From Lingula anatina (lineage: Eukaryota > Animalia > Brachiopoda), in assembly GCA_051362555.1 (NCBI GenBank), contig CM120643.1:15536644-15600643 (forward strand): DNA of 64,000 nucleotides, in the 5' to 3' direction. A program made the position numbers and the translations under genes. The notes beneath the pieces were generated by a model. That model was not told the origin of the DNA. It saw nothing but the letters and a program-made list of their open reading frames with translations, and did not search any database. Below are positions 53,901 through 64,000 of the stretch, in pieces. Each line of letters starts with the position of its first letter. The first letter of the stretch is position 1.

Positions 53901-55023
53901 TTGTACAAAGTTATTAATAGGTGTGACATCTGGAATAAAACTTGTCTTTACATGTGAATGTTCATGTTACATGTAGTCCATGTCGTTCTTACAAACAGCA
54001 GAGAACTGTCTGTCGTCGTTGGTTCCTGGAGCAGCTGTGTAGGACATATGTCTTTACATGTGGGCTTCGGACAGATGTGGAATCTTATTACCTTTTACTT
54101 AACAAATGAACTTATTCTTAACAGGATCCCAAAATAAAAATAAAAATGATGAAAAAGAAAGAAAGAAAGATAGAAAGAAAGAAAAAGAAAATTGAGTGGC
54201 ATCAAATATTTTATAATATATAGTAAAACACAGACCATACTGCACATTATTGTATTAAAGTTGATATATTTTAGTGTTAACGTTATGAATAAAACCATAA
54301 AAAATCATTATATTTGAATTAACTTTCAAAGAAACCTTGCACCTTGACATTTACTTGTAAATATGTTAAGTATTAAGAATAAGATGGTGAACAATTGAAT
54401 AATGGTTAACAATAGAATAATGCTACAAGTCATTTATGTATTATGTCTCTAATACATGTTGAAATGGCACAACTGTCAGCCTAAACAAAACTACTGTTTG
54501 AAAAAAAAAAATGGTATCCAGCAGCCCAGAATTATTTTAAAAATGTGAGAACTTCAGTGAAATCATCACTGCTGGACACTGAGTTAAAGATGGCAGTATC
54601 AAGTTACACACCTCGTTTTAGCTCAAACATGATTTATCATTGAAAATCATAATACAGTGCCCATTAAGTCAAAATTATCAAAGATCTGTTCTTTGTTGAA
54701 ACTTTGAGATTTGATATAAGTTATTGATTTTTATGTGATATAAGGCATAATGTTTATGTTTTAAATTTAAAAGGATGACATATTTTTCTTTATTTTCTAG
54801 TTATCCAAAAGTGGATCATTCATGTTGTACCTGAACAAGTCAAAGTTAAAAGTGCAAGAGAGAAGTTCCAGCCAGCCCCTGAGGTGAGAGAAGACACCCC
54901 TGGACTAACATCTGTCCATTAACATGAACATTTTTACTGATTAACATGGATAATCACAGCTGTGTTGTTGATGCTTTTTGTACTTTTATAATATCTTGAT
55001 CAGTAAAAACACACCAGTTGATA

Positions 55024-55230
55024 TGTTCATGCATATTGTGGGTATTTCTAATTGCAGTTTGGGAAATATTAATATATATTTGTAAAGAGAATTTTTGAAT
55101 GTGTCTAAATTGTTGTTTTGATGAGTACTATTTGTTCGTGCATATTGTGGGTCTTTCTAAGCAGTTTGGGAAATATTAATATATATATTTATAAAGGGAA
55201 TTTTGAGTGTGTTTCTAAACGGTTGTTTTG
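55024..55230. repeat. Diverged tandem duplication, period about 110 bp
   Basis: Two copies of TGTTCRTGCATATTGTGGGT..TTTCTAA..GCAGTTTGGGAAATATTAATATATA...TTGTTTTG. Confidence 0.9.
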
Positions 55231-57699
55231 TGTTGTTGTTTTGATTATTTTTACTATTGAGGGTCCTGGCATTGATTATGTCCCATGAGTGCTTTTGTGA
55301 CACTCACTGGTATAAGGGGACAATCTAGTGCTTTTTTTCTCACATGTAATGAAATTATGAATACCGTTTTCAATTTGATATTATAAACGCAAACACTGCA
55401 TAAAATATTTTATATTATTTTTATTGAAGTTGTACCAGGTACATTATGCCTTATGATTGATGCCGATGACATTTGTAACAGAATATATATTGGAAAAAAA
55501 TAATATGTTGTTTATGAATTATACTGCACGTCTTCATTTTAAACGCAAAGCGCCTTGTGGCTTATTCTGTTGTGCAATTTTACCTGATATGTTATTAGAC
55601 TACTACAAAGCGAAGCAGTAGTTTGTGATCAGAATACACTGGTCGTTACATTCATTTGATTGTATGATTCCCTGCTTGGGTGCTGTTACATATTGGAAAT
55701 GTGTTAAAGATTTTTTCATTCGAGTCCATTCCATCTCACGCCTTAAATATAACCTTTAACAACACCTAAAAGAATCGTACATGTAATAGACATGGACATA
55801 ATGAGGATTTATTCGTATTAACTTTGCAATTCCATCTCTAAGTGAAAAAAGACCTTTGTAGAGACATGTCCTTTGATGTTGTCTATTCTTCAGTTTTTTG
55901 ATGTCGTCTCTTGGTGGGGATACGAACGCTCCTCTAAGATGATTAATGCGGGAAAAATACGTTGGACAAGAATTTAATAAAACCCAAGTTTTAATCAACC
56001 ACCCGCTGCGCTTTGTCAATTTCTCTCTCGTCACTTGAGCTTCACAGATTAAAATGAAAAGAAGGGAGAATGGGCGCAATTCATTACCAATTTCGATCTG
56101 CAAAATTTAATTTAATTCAAACACCTGTTTTTTAAAGAGAACGGACAAATTTTGGGTTGTAGAATAGCTGAGATATTACGCACTTGCCCACCCTAGAGGT
56201 GTAGGAGCACCGTATGTCCACTGTTTTGGTGACAGGATATTGGGAACACCACAGCTGGCAAAATGACCCTGCCCAACCTAGCCCAAGAAAGGGAGATTTA
56301 TAAAATTCATTAATTTTTAAAAGCAACTTTTTGTGAGAATAAAGCTATCCTTGCAACAATTACCAGAGTTTCTTCTCTATTTTTGGTCGATTACCATAAA
56401 AGCTGTGGGGGAAGAGGCAGCTGACGACTTAACCTACTTAAGGAAAAAAACTGATAACAAGTCTTTTTTTATTTTTTAAAATAGTTATTGTGAATTTTTC
56501 ATGCTGTATACTCACTTCATTCAAACGTGATTATATTGCATACTCATCAATGAGAAAATGATATTTTTTAGAAATTTTCTTTATGTATCTCCTATTTTTA
56601 TTCGAGATGCAATTAACTATCTGTTTTTTAATTTATTAAAATTATTTTCTCTGCTTCTCAAGATAACTAATTGGTCTAAAATTATCAGGAAATATTACTG
56701 TTTTGCGATAAATTGTCACATTTATCCTGCAGAGAAACGTACAAAATCAAACTAATTAAATGATTCCTATGAGAGAGAGAATGAAAGAACAGTGTCAGTT
56801 AATTACGAAATGGTAATTCAAAACCTAAACTTACCTAATTATAAGGATATTGATATTGATAAAGATATTGACCACTGGAATGTGCGCAAGTTTAAAATAC
56901 TTTCAGATTAAAAATAAAAACAAATAAAGCGAAGAAGATATATGCTCTGTTACACGGCCCAAATTCTCAACCCGTAACGTTGCAAATCTATACCACAGAC
57001 TCAGATAAAAGATGTTTCAGTCAACCTCAAAAATGCATTAGATTTCCCCTGCACTAACAGTCACACCAGTGCCGGTTTGTTTAAAGGCAACTCCCGCCAA
57101 AACGTTTAACAACGAGTGTTAAAAAACCTGACGTCACAGGACCCTGGGCCACATCACCGCTAACACACTGTCCCACCACCACTGGAGAGAACGTTCTAGG
57201 GCTGGCGTCACAGGCTTGTTCATCCAAAACCGGTTCGGGGTTAAAAACCGTCACCAGACCAAATTAATTCACTTATTTCTATGTGAAAGATCACTTTCCT
57301 CCATGGAATCATTTTGAGACACGTTTCAGTCGTTTGTTTGAGCTCAATATTTATCTAAATGCAGCTTCAGTCGATTTGGCTGTTGTTCATTCATTTCAGA
57401 TCAGTGAATATTGTTGAAATTGTTGAATTTTCTCGATACATTTCTGATAGTTTTTTAAAATAAAAATGAAGTGTTTAAAGTCTGTTGAATGGGGGGAGAG
57501 GGGGTGAATACACTTGTAGGCACAAACCTCATCCTGCAAAATTCAAAAATTACCTGACGGTCTGCTGAAATGAATGGAAAAAATGAACGACCTGTTGGAC
57601 AAGCGTCTCAAGAATACCACGCCGTAACGGGTGCCGGTTTTTAAAAATATATAGCCGTTTTATGGTGAAGTAATTTCAGTGAACAAAAAAGAATGTACA

Positions 57700-57960
57700 C
57701 AATGGACAGATGTATCAAAATAGCACTGGAAATGGGCATATAGAATGATATAGAATGCACCTGTATATTAAGGTTGACGTTCAAAATGCACATATATATC
57801 ATGTATAACGTTCACAACGGGCATATATATTATGGATAATGCTTTAAAAAGGACACATATATCTGATATGACTCCACAACCGGCCGTGTGAACCCCTGTA
57901 ATATATTACATGGACGCTGAACAATGCCATTCAACAGTTGTCATGGGACGCTATTGTATT
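57700..57960. repeat. Degenerate minisatellite
   Basis: Recurring A(A/T)GG(A/G)CA(C)ATATATAT..ATG..TAA.G.T units about 30-35 bp apart. Confidence 0.5.
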
Positions 57961-59299
57961 TTTTGGTTCGCTCGAGCCTTGCAGAGAGAGAGAGAGAGAG
58001 AGTTCTGCATTTTCCGGACCTTGTTCACTTTTCCCGAAGATTACGTGAATGAACACGGCTCTGAATTACATAGGCAGTGGTGGTTTTAATGAAGCCGCAA
58101 ATTGTAAAGGGGATTAACCCATGTTACGAAAAGATCGGGAATAAAACAGAAGTTCCCCTGTACGCATTGCAAATATTGAAACACCCTACATAATTTAAAC
58201 CGATTCAGAATCGCTGTACCTAAAATTAGTGTGATTGCTATCGAAAGTCTAATGCCTGATGAAATAACTCGATTTCATTAATTTTCCCTTTGATAATCGA
58301 AATGGAGATTGTTTCTCCGGGATTAAACTAGCTTTTGCTGAAGCGGGGCCAACAAAAGATCAATGATCAGAACCGCGCCCGTTTTCATCACTTCGCAGAT
58401 CGGTTGGGTAATAAATGGGGGGCATTAATTGCACAAATTGAAGTGTCACGTGACCTTCCACTTTGTTCCCGTACGAGTCGCGACCACCACAAGAAACGAT
58501 ATGTCACTGCTACCGCGGTCTTTTGACGTCTAAGGCTGCCTGGGAACGCGAGGTGGTAAAATACATTCACTTCAAATGGATCAGTTTTTTTTCTATTACT
58601 ATATAGATAAAGATAAATAAAATGTGTGTTTTTATGAAATTTACCATGCAATTGTCGCTTGTTGATCTTCAAAAGATATATAGTAAATTGGTGTTTAGAA
58701 ACATTGGAAAAAACGTAACATGAGTCACGGCATTCGCTTAGAATATGGCTGATAGTTTCCCTGTTTGAAATAACAGACACAAAGGGTAAAAATTTTGCCC
58801 TGCTTTCTTTAAGACCTAAGACCTATTACACGCTTTTGTATAAAGGATATATAGATGCATATAGATAGTTGAGGCTGTTAACCGTGTCAGAGAAACTGCG
58901 TTAGCTTGTATCACACGGGTAGGGAGGGGCTGTGGGTTGCTTTACATTCCAAAGAAGGCATTGACTCTTAGTAAAAACCTGTCCAAGGCCAAAAGGGGTG
59001 ATGTTCTGCGGGAACCTAGCCTTGTAACAGTGAAGGTTACGAGTGGCCCCGGCTGGAAGCCTTGCATGGGGCTGGAACAACCACGCCAATATGGCGAAGA
59101 CCGTGACTAGTCATATTTGAAGGACCCCAGGTGAGAGAACCATGCCAGCAAGGCCGTTGACGTTCTGGCATTTTTAGTTTCGGTTGTTCGCTGTACTATG
59201 CCTATACAACTCTATCTCTGAGTTATGACCCTTAACGTTATATCTTGATATAACTATGAGGATTTACTTTGAACCTTCGTCATGTTTCCGTGAGACGAC

Positions 59300-59380
59300 A
59301 TTTCCTACACGGTGTCGAACCCGGGGCCACCCACCTCTCGGTGCGCGTTAGTAGAGAGATTGATCGCTCGTTAAGGGGTT
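59300..59380 (-). mobile_element. Possible tRNA-derived SINE head remnant
   Basis: B-box-like CCCGGGTTCGACACC on the minus strand at about 59311-59325; no complete cloverleaf seen. Confidence 0.3.
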
Positions 59381-60596
59381 ATACCTGTTACTCTCATCAT
59401 AGGTGAACATGCGGACCACCAGGGTATTTGTCATGTTCTCGCAGCTTTTTTTTTGCTGAATTTGTAACGCTTGTGCCTTGAGGTATTTATTTGTTTGCTT
59501 GTATGTTTCCGAATTGGAAGAAAACTAAGGCTGCCGCGCTGTACAAGCAGCTTGACCTTCTGGAACAATTATTCGACTTGGTGGAATTTGCTGTACACGC
59601 TCGTATTTTCACTGTCCAAATCACGCTTGTAATATTTTTTCATTTGTATATATTATTTTTGTTGCTTTCATAAAATCATCCTGATGCCGTTTTATTTCTC
59701 ATATTTGAGATGGGAATGACGCTATTAAAACCAAATCGTGTTTTTTGTCAGTGCAATATTTTTTTTGTTTCTGTAAAAAAATTACATTGGGTTTCTGAAG
59801 ACTATTAGTACATGTCTTTCTTCTTTTAAACCTCTGCGTTCTAAGTCAAGACATGACGGCAACTTTGCATATACCTCGATATTTAACACTTGCTTCAGAG
59901 CGTTCACCTGTTTTGTTTTTATTCAGTTTTTAAAGGGTGGACTATAATCGATAACATTAATTTTAACATTAACAAAAGCGAAAAAAAAAACTAAATTAAT
60001 TTGATTAAACAGCGTTAATGTGTTTTATCTGTGCCTCAATATCTTTTGTATTCAGGTTTTTTTCGACGCTTTCAGCTGGTACTTCTTATACACTGGGGAC
60101 TCGACAAAAAATAACTTACAACTAATGTACGTATAATTTTCACCTTAAACTGTGAAGCGACGACAACAGGACAAACTAATCATTTTTCTGGTGTCATGTT
60201 GTACGAAACATATTACAAACACTGTGTGTTACGACTTTGAACTCGAGAGCGAAGCGCTCTCGTGAGGCCATAAGAGACAAGGTGCATTAATCACAAATAC
60301 TATTTGCTTTACTCTCGCAGGTACCTTGGGGTCTCCAAGGCCGCCTGATCTAAAAAGCAATTAATTTTTTTTAATTGTGTGATCATTTAAACAATTGTTG
60401 CATCAAAAAAGGATTAATTGCAGAAAAGATGGGCAGTTAGGTTCTATGACGGATGGGACTGGTGGTATTCACATAGATAATATTACTATTTTGCATGACT
60501 GATCAGCAGCCTTTTGTTTCCCGTCTCGTCATAATGGAAAATACTTCAAATTAACAACTAAGACTAATGGAGACCATCATTTATATCTTTTTTTTT

Positions 60597-60602
60597 TTTA
60601 TT
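60597..60602 (-). terminator. Candidate polyadenylation signal AATAAA of Irx B
   Basis: AATAAA on the minus strand about 1 kb after the Irx B stop, ending a U-rich UTR-like region; it abuts a genomic A-run. Confidence 0.35.
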
Positions 60603-61251
60603 GGAGAGCTAAACATCATACCTTTCATAACTAATATAGTTTCTCTCGGAAATTAAACAAACATTGTTCTATTTGTTCTCTTGAAAAATACAGTTTACAA
60701 TATTAATTAACTTGAAATACGATGGCAAAATTGAATGAAAAAAAAAGTCTTACTCACAAATTGAGAAATAAAAAACGATCATTACACACATGCATTCTTT
60801 GGTGTTACATTATTTACAAACGTTGGGCTTATAACAGAAACGCAGTATAAATTGGCGGATTCCTTTACCTGGTAGAAGTAAATCGATTGTTTAACCTTAT
60901 CATATTATATAGCATTATCAAAAGAAGTTCTTACTTTTCAATTAAATCTTTAAAAAGGTTGACACCTCCTTAAAAATAAAAAATAAATAAGATGTGTATG
61001 TATATTTGCTATATATATATATGTGTGTGTAATCGCATTCTTAGTGTGTTGACATTTTGGTTTCTAACAAACGCTCTGAAATAGGAGAAATGAAGGCTCT
61101 AAGTGAAAACTTAAAGGGTTTCTAACTCGAATTTCTTTAAATATACTGCCTCGAATATGCACGCTCTACTTTTACCTTGTCAACTAGTTCATTACTTCCG
61201 GCGAAGAGCTACCTGTCTCTTCTTAATAGAGCTGTAAAACGTAACTTTCTT

Positions 61252-61252
<1 letters not shown>

Positions 61253-61288
<36 letters not shown>
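61253..61288. repeat. (CT)n microsatellite in the predicted Irx B 3' UTR
   Basis: Read directly. Confidence 0.95.
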
Positions 61289-61291
<3 letters not shown>

Positions 61292-61574
61292 AGGTTTACG
61301 GCGAAATGAAAGCTTTTTTCTTCGCTGATTCTATGGTTTAAAGCAGCACAGATTCTAACGCTTCATCCGAGTCCACGCAATCTCATCAATCAAATTGATT
61401 GGTCGTCTGCAGTGCAAGCCCCCTCCATTTTATGGTTGAGGGCAGTATAGGGCCGCCTAGCCCATCCTGATTTTTATTTAGTGAATAAAAAAACAGGTTA
61501 TCTGACTAGCACCACCTCGCGGAGGATCCTTGAAATTATAAGTAACAACTACCAGAGCACGTAGAAAATGGGTT

Positions 61575-61984
61575 TCACAGTTCCACTGCGCACGGTTTAA
61601 CATCTGCGTTTAACGCTGTTGTGGTTGTGACCGCCTCTGATGGGTGAAGTTTAAAGATTTGGGCTTGTTTTGCCGGCGACGCTGACACATCTAAAGCTTT
61701 ACAGTTCGATGTGGCTATATGTGCTATGGACCAAATTTTTGGTTTGGAAGAGGACGGTGACAATGGGTCCGCAAGTTCCATAACTTTATCTCTTCCGTAA
61801 AGTTCTTGTGGAAAAGCGCAGGCTGCTGGAGAGACGGAGTCTGTATGTCGGTTATGTTCATCTAAATCCCCCGTGCGGGGAAAGTCCAGTGAATTTTTCG
61901 CACAATCATCGTCACGTGATCTAGAAACTGTCGTCTGCGACAACTCTGGTGTTGAAAGCGTCGTCTTTACAGCTTTTAGTGAAT
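61575..61984 (-). CDS. Irx: Second Iroquois paralogue (Irx B), terminal exon with IRO box (SKPKIWSIAHIATS); 5' exons outside window
   Basis: Pyrimidine tract plus ttaacag|AT acceptor at 61984, phase 1 like the Irx A IRO-box exon. KPKIWSIA motif; stop at 61575. The homeobox is not in the window, so identity rests on the IRO box. Confidence 0.82.
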
Positions 61985-64000
61985 CTGTTAACAAAAAACA
62001 AATAAAACAATTAAAAATTGCACATATATACATATATATACACTAATAAGAAAATTTAAAAATGAATGGTATTGGTCATAAGTCTGAAATGGATGGAAAC
62101 GGGTTAAACCAATGTGTGCAATTTTGCCGTACGGTCCAAACCAAAATTTTTCCGTGAATGCTCACAGCCTCATCCTTCAACTGCTGTTGCAACCGGGAAA
62201 CACGAACGGTCTCTACTGGTCAACTAAAATAAATTATCTCATTAACTTAAAATATAGCTATAAATCTAATATAAGGAGCAATGAACCTTAGGACTATTTT
62301 CCCCTTACCCTGTACCAGAGGCTCTTCTATTAAATTACAATTTAGTAACAGCTAGAAGGGCCACTGATAGAGAGTACTTTTCTCTAATTTAAATCAAATT
62401 CCACATTTTTCATGCCAACGAATCTTTTTCTCAAAGGTTTTTTAGTTCTTTGGTTTAGTGGTCCATCGGTTCGATGTCTGAAACTATAACATGATTGTGC
62501 GGCTCTTCGCTGGCATGGACTTCAATGACAGAAGCGGCAAAAAAGAACAAACAGAATAAATGAAATAGAAAATGAAATAATAAATATCCCCTTTTCTATC
62601 CGGTAAAGAGACCTCTATTCCTCTGATGTGCCCTTGACTCAGGTAGAAACCTGCGTTAATGTCATTAAATTGAAGTTATGGCTTAAAAGCAGCTCTATCG
62701 ATTTATCCGTTGAAAGGTTAGAGTATTCTCAAATGAAATAAAAAATATTGCAGTTATTCAACCGTTGCCTTGTCCCTGATTCAAGATTTGGTCTGTGTGT
62801 TCAACATCTTAAGGGACGATATGTTTCCAGTATTAGTAACTTCAAGCTTTTAGACTAAAATGTGTAATATCAAGAGTGTACATTTTTGATAATATGGACT
62901 GATGCTTTCAAAAAGGTGTAAATTTGGCTGAGGAGATACCATCTTTATGAAAGTATAGCAATCTCAAAAACTCGCTACTATTTAGATAAGATGTTTGTCT
63001 GGAAGCATTTTTATCCGGGTGTTTGTAACTGCACTTTGCTGTAGTTCTTGTACCCATCGTCTAAGACTAACAGAAGATACATATACTCAAAATGAGAAAT
63101 GTGCTTTACGGTTCAGGTATCGATATTATTACGCCCTGTTCGCCGTTATCTACACTAAATAACCTTTAATCTTTCTAGGAACATTTAAGATTTCCTTTTA
63201 ATTTTCTTTTCCTGAAAATGATGTCCTTGGCGGTTCTACTATGGGACTGCTGTGAAGCAAGCTTTTAGAAACTAATCAATATTGACACCAATACGTTGTT
63301 TTCACACCACCACGCCTAATCCTTGACTTTCGTCCATTTCTTCTTTCTTTTTTTCTTTTCTTTGTCGTTTGCGGGAAACTGTGTTGCTTTTCTTGGAGGT
63401 TGCATTGTTTTTTATTGTTAACAGATTCTATAGGGATTTCTATCGAAGGCTTTGTTCACTACCCTCTTGAGGCCTTTTCTTTTTCTTTGTTGCGTCGAGC
63501 TTTCATTTCAGAGAAATACACGTGTTTCAACACAGCCCTTTTTTCTTGTTAAATCACAAACAAAAGATATTGTAAACTGAATATCTTTATTGTACAACTT
63601 TGCTTTTTTGCCCTTGCTTTGTTCATTTTCATCTTTATTTCTTCTAAAAAATGTAAAGATAGTTTCAACCGCCGCGCTTGTTGCTCTTCAACCAGTATAT
63701 TCTTTGTTATCGTTTCTTCTTTTCCCTTGGATATTTGACTGGAGTTAAGATTACTTCCTCGCTGTTGCTATACGTAAGTTAACATATCGTAAAACACCGT
63801 TCTTGCTTCGATCATCTATTCTTAATTTTCGTTCCAAAAGGTGTTTTCCCGTCGAGTTTCGTTTTAATTGCTTACCTTCATTGTTTTTACGGGTCTGTAT
63901 AATCAGGTCCATTTTTATTAATCATTCTAGATGCATAATTATGTTTGTTATTGCCATCAATCCCCCCCCCCCCCAAATTTCATTTCTACGCGTATGCTCC

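Larger units (their letters stand above)
24300..55400 (+). ncRNA. Putative spliced long non-coding transcript divergent to Irx A (predicted, boundaries approximate)
   Basis: CpG-depleted domain plus plus-strand exon candidates with pyrimidine tract-AG acceptors and GTRAG-type donors: donor at 24464, then 25700-25728, 28911-28941, 29784-29836, 33493-33666, 34134-34266, 37252-37280, 54801-54883. No recognisable protein product. Confidence 0.5.

Noticed and set aside
26881-55785. Frequent TACATGTA/ACATGT words as Irx autoregulatory sites
   Set aside because: They match the Irx binding consensus, but they are also the expected product of CpG deamination in a methylated domain, so enrichment is not specific evidence.
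63876-63894. GAAG|GTAAGC donor as a micro-exon of Irx B
   Set aside because: The upstream acceptor lacks a pyrimidine tract, 19 nt would not keep phase 1-1, and the longer version contains an in-frame stop.
1-64000. Prokaryotic-type systems (CRISPR arrays, operons), rRNA or intact tRNA genes, full-length autonomous transposons
   Set aside because: The sequence is intron-containing animal DNA; I saw no regularly spaced repeat-spacer array, cloverleaf, rRNA motif, or transposase/reverse-transcriptase ORF.

Overview
AT-rich animal genomic DNA (invertebrate-like, plausibly lophotrochozoan/molluscan; taxon is inference) spanning part of an Iroquois (Irx) TALE-homeobox cluster. A complete 5-exon Irx gene lies on the minus strand (ATG 19348 to stop 4464, about 517 aa: MSAYPQFGY N-terminus, Cys-containing IRO-A motif, TALE homeodomain, acidic tract, IRO box). 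All four introns are GT-AG and phase-consistent. The IRO-box exon of a second, same-orientation Irx paralogue lies at 61575-61984; its homeobox is beyond the window. The 42 kb between them has no recognisable protein-coding ORF. It does contain a sharply bounded, roughly 31 kb CpG-depleted domain (about 24.6-55.4 kb) with a chain of small plus-strand exon candidates. This suggests a gene-body-methylated, spliced, apparently non-coding transcript running head-to-head with Irx, with CpG-retaining enhancer-like islands in its introns. Also present: a perfect 129-bp direct repeat pair, MITE/SINE remnants, tandem duplications and microsatellites. Nearly all other ORFs in the track look like chance ORFs.
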